Positions 1 to 11,818 of a stretch of DNA of 64,000 bases are shown here, one piece after another. A model generated the notes under the pieces. The model was not told the origin of the DNA, did not search any database, and was given only the letters and a program-made list of their open reading frames with translations. Each line of letters starts with the position of its first letter. Position 1 is the stretch's first letter. The position numbers and the translations under genes are program-made. The stretch comes from Utricularia gibba. Its lineage: Eukaryota > Plantae > Magnoliophyta. The DNA lies in assembly GCA_002189035.1 (NCBI GenBank), contig CM007992.1, positions 2,666,001 through 2,730,000 on the forward strand, written 5' to 3'.

Positions 1-72
1 ACTTGTTCTAGGTTTCCCCCTCCTTTCAGTATGCATTCTGATGCTTTACTTGGTTCAATAAAAATGGAACAG

Positions 73-1372
73 GCATCTAAACCCGAGCACATTTGCTGGA
101 TGGTTTGGCCGCTCACTCTTCCATGTGAGTGATCGCTGTATTGGCCTCGATTAGCGTTTATAGGTTTTCATGTTTGAACTTTCAGAATACAGTTTGATCT
201 GTTCGCTTCTTCAATAGAGCATTTAAGAAGTATAGACGTCAGGGTATCAGAGTTGTAACCAAAATTTTCTCAGGAGCAATTTCATTTCTTTGCCACATGA
301 TGTAGTTTGTATGGGGTTGGGTACCATAGGAATCGATATTTTAACATTTCTATGTCAGTCATTTCCAAGCATAGTAACTGGTTTTTTTTCTCAGGCAACC
401 GTCGTATTTTTCATCACCGTACATTCATATGCTAATGAAAATAGTGAGATGGAAGAAGTATCGGTAGTTGCACTCTCAGGATGCATCTGGCTGCAGGCAT
501 TTGTTGTTGTGCTAGAAACCAAGTAAGTAGCTAACGCTGTGCACCTAGTAAACAATTCATGAAGTTAGCCTTTTTCCCAGTAAATAGTTCATCTTTATTA
601 TGATCTCATCGTAACTTGCTTGCATGTCAAACTCTTCGACTTTGCATGACATCTATTTCATTCTTTGGCATTTGCAGTTCCTTCACAGTAATACAGCATT
701 TTGCAATATGGGGCAATCTAGTTGGCTTCTACGTCATTAACTTGATCTTCAGTGCTATTCCGCACTCAGGGATGTACACAGTAATGTTTCGCCTATGGAG
801 TGAACCATCATACTGGCTTACCATGATTGTGAGTACCCTGGTTTTCTGTTCTTGTTCCTCCTACCTGCTACCCGCATCTCAGGATCAGTTATGCATAGGA
901 TGTTATGTGGGTTTGCTTGCGCTCATTGATTATGTTCAAACGCAAGCATGCATCTTTTGAGGAAGGAAACGTAGTTTCGATGAACTTTCCGAATCGTTTG
1001 CTAACTATTACATATCTGTTGCAGCTCATTGTCGCGTGCGGGATGGCACCTATATTTGCTCTCAAGTGCTTCAGATACACTTACAGGCCTAGTAAAATCA
1101 ACATTCTCCAGCAGGCTGAGCGGTCAGGCGGTCCGATAGTGTCAATAGGGAACTTGGAGCCGCAGTCGAGGTCCATGGACAAAGATCTCCCTCCTGTGTC
1201 GCCGTCACGCTCCAGAAACCAAGGCTCTGTATATGAACCTCTCTTGTTCGAAATCCCAGGCCCCATGAGGCGCACCTCTGGATCAGGATCGCCAATTGAT
1301 ATATTCCAGGCGCAGGCACAGTCACAGTCCAGACAGTCGTCTGGTTATTCTAGAAACTGTAAGAATAACTGA
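73..1372 (+). CDS. ALA2: 3' part of a phospholipid-transporting P4-ATPase (ALA2-like); visible exons 73-124, 395-522, 678-828, 1025-1372; gene begins upstream of the window
   Basis: GT-AG bounded exons join in phase to give ...HLNPSTFAGWFGRSLFH-ATVVFFITVHSYANENSEMEEVSVVALSGCIWLQAFVVVLETNSFTVIQHFAIWGNLVGFY...LIVACGMAPIFALKCFRYTYRPSKINILQQAER...YSRNCKNN*. This matches the C-terminal transmembrane region and tail of plant ALA2 as I recall it. Confidence 0.92.
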
Positions 1373-1630
1373 TTCTGGAAGATGAGAAGGGCCATACGCG
1401 TAACAGGTTCTAGTTGTAATAGTATACCTCAGTAATGTAGATCGACATAACACTTTTGGTCCATCCAAACTCATACAAGGAAAGAAATGCAAACATGGGA
1501 AAGCTCATAGTACGGAACAAAAAATTGAGTACTCACGGTTTTACATTAAACGCAACTTTTATATTAGATGCAACAGACTCTGCAGTGGGGGATGGATTGA
1601 AAAGGGTCTCATTCAACCACATCATAACGG

Positions 1631-2731
1631 TTAGTCTTTGTTCAGAACTCTAGGAACCTTGATGTAAGGTTCTTCATATGTTGGCACAGCAGACAGCATG
1701 GATTCCCTAGAAAACCAAGCAGGAGTGTAAGCATGATTGGTGTAGAATTCGTTGTCCAGGAGTCGAGCAAACATTGATGTACTATACCGGTTACTAAATA
1801 CTTCAGCTTCATCGATTCGTAGGTTGTCGCCTGCAGTACCTGCATAAGCCAAACACACTCAGTTAATTTGGTGGTAATCTCCAACAAAGACCTGCGTTCA
1901 CTACCACAGCCAACTTTAGGATTTCCCACTACATGATATGGGAACTCACACAATGAAACAAATTCTAAACTTCGAGAGTAGGGAAAGGAACTGCTTCAAT
2001 ATCAGTAAACTTACTCTTGAAAGTCTCCATCTTTAAAAAATAGAAAAAAGAAAACAGAAGGCAGGAACTTAATTACAGCTGTTGAGCATAAGGGAATGAA
2101 TGTGATGGTACATGTTTTTATATACAAAAACGTGTTTTCAATGACCTTTGAATTGACCGATGTCGAGCATAACCAGTTTTCAATGGGTACATTTTCTTCC
2201 TTATTTGTTGTCATGAGAATTCAGTCTACGGGAATGCTATTATAATTCCAACTATATCAAGCATACACTCGCAAGCTGAATTACCAGCTCCTAAAGCAGG
2301 TGCAATGCTTTGGAGATCAACTGTTTGAAGCTGTCCAAACCTGTTTCAGTGTCAGCATACACAAACCAGTGAGTTTCATGCTTTGAATCCAGACACACAT
2401 GCATAAAGGCATAGAGAGCTTTTAGGTGGGTAGTAGGTAAGTTTTCATACCAATCCACAACTTGGCGAATTTTCGGGGCAAAATCTTCAACCTAGAGAGC
2501 AAATTAGGTGATTCTTAAGCGAAGGCAATGAACCGAGTATAAGAAGCAGAAACTGAAATTGGAAGGCGGACGTACTTCTTCAAGAGTTACAGAAATTCGT
2601 GCCGTCTCGGCGAGGCGGGCGACATCCGGCTGCTCCAGGCCCGATTTCACAGCGTAAAATCGTGGACGGCGCGGATGCCGAAGCGGGAGAATCGGCGGCG
2701 CTCTCAGCAATATGGCTCTGGATACTCCCAT
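1631..2731 (-). CDS. GATC: Glutamyl-tRNA(Gln) amidotransferase subunit C, organellar; exons 2731-2576, 2491-2451, 2340-2285, 1839-1788, 1706-1631
   Basis: Five GT-AG exons join in phase: Arg-rich transit peptide, then [93 protein letters not shown], the typical plant GatC sequence. Confidence 0.93.
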
Positions 2732-3723
2732 CCTTTCGTCACTGCTCTCACGTTTCACTTAAAATCGGATTTTAAAATGAAACCTCTCTTTATTCAATTC
2801 ATTTGACTCCATCAAATTGGAATTTGACAAACCAAGTTATACACTTACATTGGACACAAAATAGAGACATGATACAATAGGAGGTTAGAGCAGGGAACAT
2901 ATTAACAATCAAGCTATGTTATGCAAATATTTCATAATATTCTATAAGTCAAATATACGTACATCATTAATATATTGAACAATGTTATCTTACAATATGA
3001 ATGTATATGCAGAAAAAACGAAAATTTTGACTTAGAGAATACAAAATGACAAATTTATGATCATTGAGGTTTTTAAAAACATAAAATATGATAAGGAACT
3101 AATGATCGTTATATATAAAATCAAAGAAAATATGCATTCATAACAATACTTCACAAGTGTTATTAAGTTAATTTTAATGTCGCAACTCTAGCAAAAGTGC
3201 ATAAATATATTAACTGGAATTTAAAAATATTTGTATGTGATGTTCATATGATAATACTATCAACAGGAGTTTTCTTACCAGATATCATTCAGTATTCAAA
3301 AAACATACAATTCACATGCATGTGATATGCTATTAAGGTTAGTGAAGAATAATTTCATAATTTCCCACATGATCAACATACCCTTCAACCAAAATTGAAA
3401 TTATGACAACAACTTTTATTTAATGTACCTTATGGATATTTCAAATGTTGTAATCCATATAATATATTATATCAAGTTCAACTTCAACATCCATTATGGG
3501 ACATCGAATAATGCATTGTTGGTGCTAATTATGTTTTTAGTGTTTTTATACAAATATTTCATGTTAGACAAGTTGAAAATGCATGATTTAGTGGCTAAAA
3601 TGCTATGAATTATATATTTCTATTTGTGTATGAATGATAATGTTAATGAAAAGATAGAAGCGTACACTCTAGGTTACTTTGTACATAGATTTATTCATGT
3701 TCAACGAATATGACCATGGTAAG

Positions 3724-3828
3724 TAGAGGTGGGTTCAGTTCGAACCGGAACCGCAGTTCGAACCGAAACCGTCGGTTCCAGTTCCGATTCGGTTCCAAGA
3801 GATGGATGTCCATACGGTTCCGGTTCAG
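3724..3828. mobile_element. One-ended remnant of a non-autonomous DNA transposon (hAT-like MITE end)
   Basis: Starts TAGAGGTGGG and contains a cluster of AACCG/CGGTT subterminal motifs (GTTCGAACCGGAACCG, CGAACCGAAACCG, CGGTTCCGGTTC). No second terminus is seen. Confidence 0.5.
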
Positions 3829-3839
3829 GAGATATATCA

Positions 3840-6800
3840 AAAATACTGCTTACCACCACAAACCTTAATGGCAAAAACTATACTACCTGGGTGAAATGTG
3901 TTTGTCTAGGGTTATCGACTCGCAACAAATTGGGGTTCATCAATGACACCCTCCTTGAGCCTCCTCCCTCATATTCACTTCATCACCATTAGGCTTGATG
4001 TAATGATTTGCTAGTGACTTGGTTTATTTGATGTATAGAGCTTGAGGTCTTCTCCTCTGTATTTTTCAAGACTAATGCTCATGACATCTGAGTCAATCTT
4101 GAGAAGCAATAGTTGCGTCTCTCCAGCTCGCATCTTCTAGCTTCAACAAGATATGGGTGTTCTCTCCCAAAGCTTTGATTCTATGGATATCTTTTACATA
4201 AAATACACAATCCTCTTGGCCAAGTTTGAGCACTATTGTCTGCTACTGTCTTGTTCATGTGGTCAATATATTTCTTGTTTTGAAAAATTTCATAACAAAT
4301 GCTAGGATGATTAGGTCTATAAGCTTCTTTCCATGCTTAACCTGGAATATGAGATCATATGCTCTCAAATCTTTATACAGTCGCCACTGCTCTCATTGGA
4401 AGAAGTATTTAATGTTGCTTATCAGGAAAAAAAAGTGCCTATCCTAACCTATTTTACCACTTCCATCGGAATGTTCGATGTTTCTCGGCTAAGCCCACAC
4501 TCAACCACCATACCAAACAGCCACACCAGCAATGCAAGAAGCTCAAGTGCATTCATTGTAGCTTAGAGAACCACACCATCAACCCGATACTACAAGATTA
4601 TTGATTATCCTAAGAATCGGCAAACCAAGAAGGGTGAATGAGCTCCTTCTAATTACTTTGCTAATCAAAGTTCTTTGCAGAGATAGTCTATAGATGACTC
4701 ATTGTCGGTAATGTGGACAATTAACTTCCCTCGTGAACCACTTTCAGCTGATATCATTTTCACAAAATTTTTACTCTACAACAACCTCTACACTCATAGT
4801 GGGGTTGGATCAAAATACTATGAATTTTTCTAGTATGTACCTATCACCTTTATCTAAAGTTTTCATTGTACATTTATCTACTAGCTCCTCTTCTACTTGG
4901 GTCATTGATTTTGGAGTACACATATGTGTGAGAATTTGAAACTTTTTTCTAGCTATGAAAAACACTCTAGTGCAGTCACATTTCCTAAACCCTAAACATT
5001 CAATTAAAGTGACACATATTGGCATAATGAGGTTAAATTCTTCCATCATTATCCATAATGTATTTTATATGCCTTCCTTTATCGTCAATCTTCTTTCAAT
5101 CCACAAATTATCCAAAATGAACCACATCCTCATCATTTTCAATCTTTCCACTTATTTCCTTTATGACTCATGCACATAGAAGACGATTGACATGGGTAGG
5201 AAACATCATAATCTATGCTTATTTGAACAAGCCAATTGTGATGTGGCTCAATCATCAATTTTAAAACCTTTCATTGTGACTTTTGTTTTTATTGATTTGA
5301 ACTCATCTTCACCAAACAATAGTGATTCGGGAAATGTTATTTTGGATTCATATCCTAGCTTTGATTTTTGGCATTTTAGATTGGGATATCAATTGCATAA
5401 AGTGATTTCACATATTTCAAAATTTTCCATAAACATCAAAACATTACCCTCGAATTTGTGTTTTACATGCTCTATGGCAAAACACAAATGCCATCCTTTT
5501 CCTATTTCAACAACAACATCATCACAACTTTTTGACCTCATACACATAGACACTTGGGGGCCAACTAAAATCCCCACACCTAAAGGACATCGATATTTTT
5601 TAACTATTGTCCATGATTATATCAAAAGCCACATAGATCTATCTCATGTGCCATAAATATGAAGTAGCAAAGTTGATTCAACAGTTCATGGCAATGGTAT
5701 CTAGACAATTTAATGGTGAAACTAAGATTATCCGAAGTGATAATACCAAGAAATTCAACATTTCCCTCTTTCTTGAATAAGACATACTTCACCAACATAC
5801 TTGCGTCGACACTTCACAACAAAATGGAATTGTCAAACACAAGCACCAACACCTACTTAATGTCACATGTTCCCTTATACTTTAATCATCGATATCATTA
5901 CAGCTTTGGGGACATCCACTACTCAAGGCCACTCATCTCATAAATTGTTTGTCTATTTTATCACTTGATCACTTTATTCCATATCACAAACTAATTGGCT
6001 GCACATTAGAGTATAGCCATTTAAAAGTTTTTGGATCATTATGCTTGCTGTCACTCTCTCTAGGAATCATAGTAAATTTGATTCATGTGCTAGAGCATTT
6101 ATTTTCTTATGATATCCTCCTAATATAAAAGGTTACTTGCTATATGATTTGAAATTTAGAGAAATTTTTATTCAAGAGATGTAGTATTCCATGAGCATAT
6201 ATTTCTTTTTTCTCCAAAATTCTTGATAAATTAAATACCCCTATTTTTACTAGAGATTAGTTAGCCCCTAAGCCTAGTTTTGAATGAACTAGAGCAAAAC
6301 ATTGTGTTTCTATAGAACCAATATCTTCTGACCGTACACCCAATGAAGCATCTGAACTCTCAATACTTGATTCCTCTAAGGATGGAAATAACAACACATT
6401 TTTGGAGCACCAACTGATTCAAACACCAACTTGGACACTTTGATTACCTCTAGAACTGTAGCAGATAATTCACAGCATATTGCTAAATCCATTTCAGATA
6501 CTTTGCTAATCCCACCATCTACTTCTACTTCTTCACATCGCTTCTAAGACCTACTCACCACAGAAGAATTCCTAATTATCTTAGAGATTTCCACTACCGT
6601 GTCCCAAATCTAGAGCTTCTAGCATCTACTGATCATCCAATCTTCGATTTTATTGGCATCCACAAAATTGTCAACCTCACATAGTGCCTTCTTGGCAAAC
6701 CTATCTGAAATCAAAGTACCAATCAATCACAAGATTCTAATTTGGTGACATCTATGAGATCGAAAATTGTAACACTTGATGCTAATAATACTTGGATAGT

Positions 6801-8420
6801 GGTGACGATCCCTTAAGATCAACACACAATTGAAAGCAAGTGAATCTATATTAAGAAATTATTCTCAGATTGAACATTTCATGGACTCAAATCTTGGTTG
6901 ATTGTTAAAGACTATAGTCTGATTTATGGAGTGTATTATGAAGAAACATTCAGCCCAATAGCCAAACACATGACTCTCCAAACGTTCTTTGCACTAGCAA
7001 CTCAATAACTATGAAAATTAAGATAGCTAGACATCAATAATGCTTTTCTTAATGGAGAATTGAAGGAAGTTGTATACATGGACCTCTCACTTGGTTATTC
7101 TACTGATGTGATGTGTAATCCAAATCAGAAACTAAACAAAGCTATATATGGATTGAAGCAAGCATCATGCTAATGGAACTCAATGTTTTCCACTGTAGTG
7201 AAGATATATGGATTCCAACAATGCTCGACAGATCATTGACTATTCACAAAAAAGTTGGAAAATGGCAATATTTTGCTCTAGTTTTTTTATATATATGATA
7301 TCGTTATCAGCTGTAGGAATGATAATGATCTACAACTTGTTGAGGATTTTCTTGCATCAAAATTCAAGTTGAATTTAGGAGCTCCAAAATATTTCTTAGG
7401 CCTTGAGATTGCAAGGGCAACCTTAGGAATATCACTTTGTTAAAGGAAATATGTGTTAAACTTGCTCATAGATTATGGAATGATTGGATGCAAACCAGCA
7501 CTCACATCCATTGAAATGATTCACACACTAAGGTTAAATGATAGTCCATTATTACCAAATGCTAATGTGTATATGATCTTAGTAGGCAGACTATTATATC
7601 TCACATTTACAAAACCAGACATCAGCTATGCAGCACGAATTCTCCCTCAATTTATGCACCAGCCAGCCAAGTATCAACCTTCAAAATCCTCTAGTATCTT
7701 AAAGGCAATCTTGGTCAAGTAATTTGCTTAAGTTCTGAACAAGGGAAATCATTATCGACATATGCGAATAGCGATTGTGGAAGCTGCAAGGATACACTTA
7801 GGTCAATTTTTGGTTACTACATTTTTCTAGGAAATTAGTTGGCGATCAAAGAAAATGAGATTGGTAGCATGAAGTTTTATTGAAGCAGAGTACAGAGCAT
7901 TGTCTTCCACTATTAAATCTACTGAAGTCATTCTATTACTCGATTGCCACTCTAGCTCTATTATCGTGTGATAACAAGTCGACTATCCAAATTTCAAAGA
8001 ATCCCATGTTTCAAAGAATCTCATGTTTCATAAAAGGAAAAAGCAGTTTAAAATTGATTGACACTTCATAAGAGAGCAAGTGAAAGCAAGAAGAGTCCAA
8101 ATTGAGCACATCAGTTCTAAACAACAAGTTGATGATCTCCTCACAAAGAGCCTCCCATCTGCTCAATACAATTTTTTTGGTTTCCAAACTAAAAATGTTG
8201 AATATACATGTTAAATTTGTGGGAAGATGTTAAGGAAAAGATAAAAACCTATACTCTCGACTAATTTATTTGTAAATATATATAGATTAATTCATATCAA
8301 CAAATATGACTCTAAATGTGGTTAGAGTAGGAGTACAAATACTCTCTGTAATATTTTCTTTAAATATTTCAATTAATGAATTATAAAGTTCTTCTCTCAA
8401 TAGATCTCAAGTTCTAAAAG
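3840..8420 (+). mobile_element. Degenerate Ty1/Copia retrotransposon lacking a recognisable 5' LTR
   Basis: Fragments in Copia order: gag (LNGKNYTTW...RNKLGFINDTL), GAG-pre-integrase (FWHFRLG), integrase (LFDLIHIDTWGP), RT (CKPA...YMILVGRLLYLTFTKPDISYA), RNase H (CDNKSTIQISKNPMF). There are many stops and frameshifts. Purine tract GGGAAGA precedes a candidate 3' LTR starting TGTTAAGG at about 8228. Confidence 0.88.
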
Positions 8421-9208
8421 ATATCCAGAATTTTGCATTTTTTACTTAGTTTAATCTTCAAGTTTGTATGCATAAATGGCTTTATATGGGTTGAGTCTAA
8501 TTGGAGTGGGACATATTATTTAATTGTTTTTTGAAATATTTTTGAACAAAGAATGACAAAAAAGAAATATATTGCACTTGAAAAAGGTGAACTTAGATGA
8601 TACTTTACTCTCCTAGTGGGTATGGTGGGGGAAAACTAGCATATTTTCTTGGGAACATCAAGAGGGGACAAAAAAAAAGATTTAAATCATCTCTCTAAAA
8701 GTGCAAGAGAGCAATTTCTAGGAGCTAAGAACAACTTTGAAGAATATTTCATTGAAGGGACAAAACTCCACAACTCAAAGAACTCAACTTCGACCAACAA
8801 AGGGAGAATAGTAAGTGATCATGTCCAAGTAAGAAGAGAGAATATAGTAATTCAATGAAGGAAAATAAGATATAACCTCGAGTAAGCAGAATCAAGAAGA
8901 TAAAAAATGTTTGCTATTGTTGCATATGTAGGTAAAGAACAAGAAGAATTGGAATTGAGAATATTTCATATTTTCATTCTACTTCTGATGCCATATTTTT
9001 AACCTATATTTGACTATTTTTAGTAATTTCTTCATTAATTAATGAAAAATATCTTATTTTCTAGCAATATTTCATTTCCTTAACATTGAAAACCTACCCT
9101 ATCAAAACCGTAATTTAATCTAACTTATGCATGAGACATACAACTAAAATTCGTTGCACTAAAGGGAAAACATTAAATCAGAACCCTCGAATTTGGATAG
9201 TGGAAATT

Positions 9209-10563
9209 TTAGTGATTTAATATACCATGCAAATAGTAGGCATTTCGTCTATAGGAAAGAGCCCTATGTGAGGCTCCAACACACCACAAATGACCTTGCA
9301 GCATCAGTTCTCCTTTCATTCCAGCAGTCTCCCACACAAACTTGAACAAACCAAGAGCCCTATCTAGCTGCCTCACCCCATTCAGAACAGCTTTTTCCTC
9401 TTCCGAAGTTATGATCTTCCCCATGTGCAAGCAAAGCTTACTCTCACCACTCAGTGCATTGATCCCTCCACGAAGATCTACTTCAACTTCAGTTATGCAC
9501 CCATACAGATAATACAGAACGAGTGTGAATAAACACTGAGATGGGAAGCCTAATGTCTTTGTTAGCTTCTTCTGCATTAAGTTTTCTTGGTAACGATTCT
9601 CTTTGTATCCCATATTCTTATCAACAATAACGTCCCGTATCTGGTATAACCCCTCCTTCATTCCCTCGAGCTTGGAAACATGAAAAGCCAAGTCCTTTTC
9701 ATCAGTAAGGCAGTTCAGAAGATCAATGCACATCTCAAGGGCGTCTTTCCATTTGGGAGAATCATCTGACTCCTCTGTTTTTTCCTTCTTGGGCATAAGC
9801 CGCATCCAGGAACTGGCCTCAGGGTCATACGATGTAGAAGATGCAAGGAAGTTTAGATAACTGACGATAATTTGTTGAGCCAGTCTTATCTCTTTAGTGG
9901 GGCGTGTATGAACCAAGATATCGATCTCGGATTTCAGACCATTGAGTATCTCAGTGAGTGCTCCATTCCATACCTTATGCTGTGTTACCTGTCGACAAAC
10001 CGTCTGCCGAATCACACCCTTTTGCTGAGAAGAAATGGAAAAAATGTCGGCAATTTTTGCCAATGAATTCACAGTCAGTGCCTCCCGTTCATGCTCCTTG
10101 CAGAAATACTGCAACTGTGCACATGCTATATCTGCACCTGAAGCCAATAAATTGTTCCTAATTGTTTCCTTCATCGATGGAAGCCCTATAAAGACCCTGG
10201 AAATAGATTTATATGCTTGCATTTTCTGCTCCATCTTAGCATGATCAACTCTAGAATGATCATCAAGCCTCACAAGGTATCCATTAATCAGGTCAAAATC
10301 TTTCAGAAAATGTTTCCATTTCTTCAACTTAAGGAACGCCATTTCACGCCATTCAGCAGGGGGATCTTTGCTTCCACTACAGGCAATTTTTCACCTTTTA
10401 AATGGAAATGATGTAACCCTCCCATACGCATTTTTCGAATTGATCTTTGAACCAGATGATTTCCAAGAAATACAAAGGTTCGAAAAATCTTCGAGGCCGT
10501 CAAAACCCCACTCTTAGCTTCTGCGAATAATACGCCCCTGGATGAGCATTTCATCGAACACAT
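9209..10563 (-). CDS. Conserved plant protein of unknown function (At5g25500-like); 377-aa ORF 10342-9209 plus a probable N-terminal extension in an adjacent frame (10563-10324)
   Basis: Long open frame with motifs I recall from this family (QVTQHKVWNGALTEIL, SWMR, KLEGMKEGLYQI, QLDRALGLFKFVWETAGMKG...LQGHLWCVGA). An in-frame TGA lies 17 codons upstream of the Met at 10342; the upstream 79-aa ORF joins if one base is restored. Confidence 0.78.
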
Positions 10564-11818
10564 GGTGACTCAATTTGCGTGCCTGTTCCATCAAACAGCG
10601 GGTGAATCAGAACCAGACGGCGTATCAACAAAAAAAGAACATGGACCGAATTACTGTAAAGCGCACAGCATCAACATCAATGCGGCGTTGAAAGAGCTTA
10701 CACATTCAACATGCTGCTTGATAACTTAGGTTGCTGCCCGCTGTAAGCGCTTATAAACCTCGAACACACCTACAATGGCGTAAATTGCGACCGTCACATT
10801 CAGCCTCTCCAGTCGCAGGTACCTTTAGTTGAAGGAAGACCCCAAGAATGACTCGATGGAAATAGTTGGGTAGATTGAATTAGATTCAAAACTAATTCAA
10901 TATTGTGGATTATTTACTAAAAGCACGAAAATATTCTTCAAAACCTCGACATTGCCAAAGTGTCCTTCCTATCATCTCCAGCTCCAACCATCCATCTTCG
11001 CTAACTCTAGTACCAACAAAAACATTCAAAAACTAGAAAACTCTTTAAATGGAGAGAAACAAAATGACGTTAAATATTACAGGATTTTTGGTTTGTTGAT
11101 GTGTTTTAGGGGAATTTCCATGACATTAAACGTATTATGATTGATTTTCAGAAACTAATAATAAGTTACACAAGTGACAACTTCAAAAAACATAAAAATC
11201 AAGAATGATCACACAGTTAAAAAATGATTCTACTAAATAGTAAAGAAAAAAAAAGACTGTAACGTATGACTTATTTTACAATTTATAATTTAATGTAAAA
11301 TTAAAATTAAGTATTTTACAAAATATATTTAATTGTTCTAAAATTTAACTTCTATTTATTATTAATTATTTCATTTAATTATCACATAAATTGAGAAAAT
11401 ATAATTTATTCAATAAATAAATTATTTATTTAAATAGACTTATTTTAATTATTCTATATTTACTTAATATTAAGCTACATATAGTACACTCGAAATGTGG
11501 TTTCATGAAACAATGAAATGGGATTTTAAATTATTTTTTTTTCTTTTGCATAACACATAAACTAAATCAGATTACTAAAATGAAATTATTTGGGAATATA
11601 TGATTCCAAGGTATCCACCCTCGTACATGTGTTGGTAGGCATCCACGAATGTGGTTACGTACTCTGATATTGCAAAAAGGAGGAGAAATTCCCGGCAAAA
11701 ACAGGAGTTACATTCAATGAGTAAACCGGGGAAAACTGTAATCCATGGCAGTAACTAGAACGGGGTTGAGAGAAGAGGTTCCTCTCATCTCTGCACACAA
11801 AACAGGAGAACAAAAATC

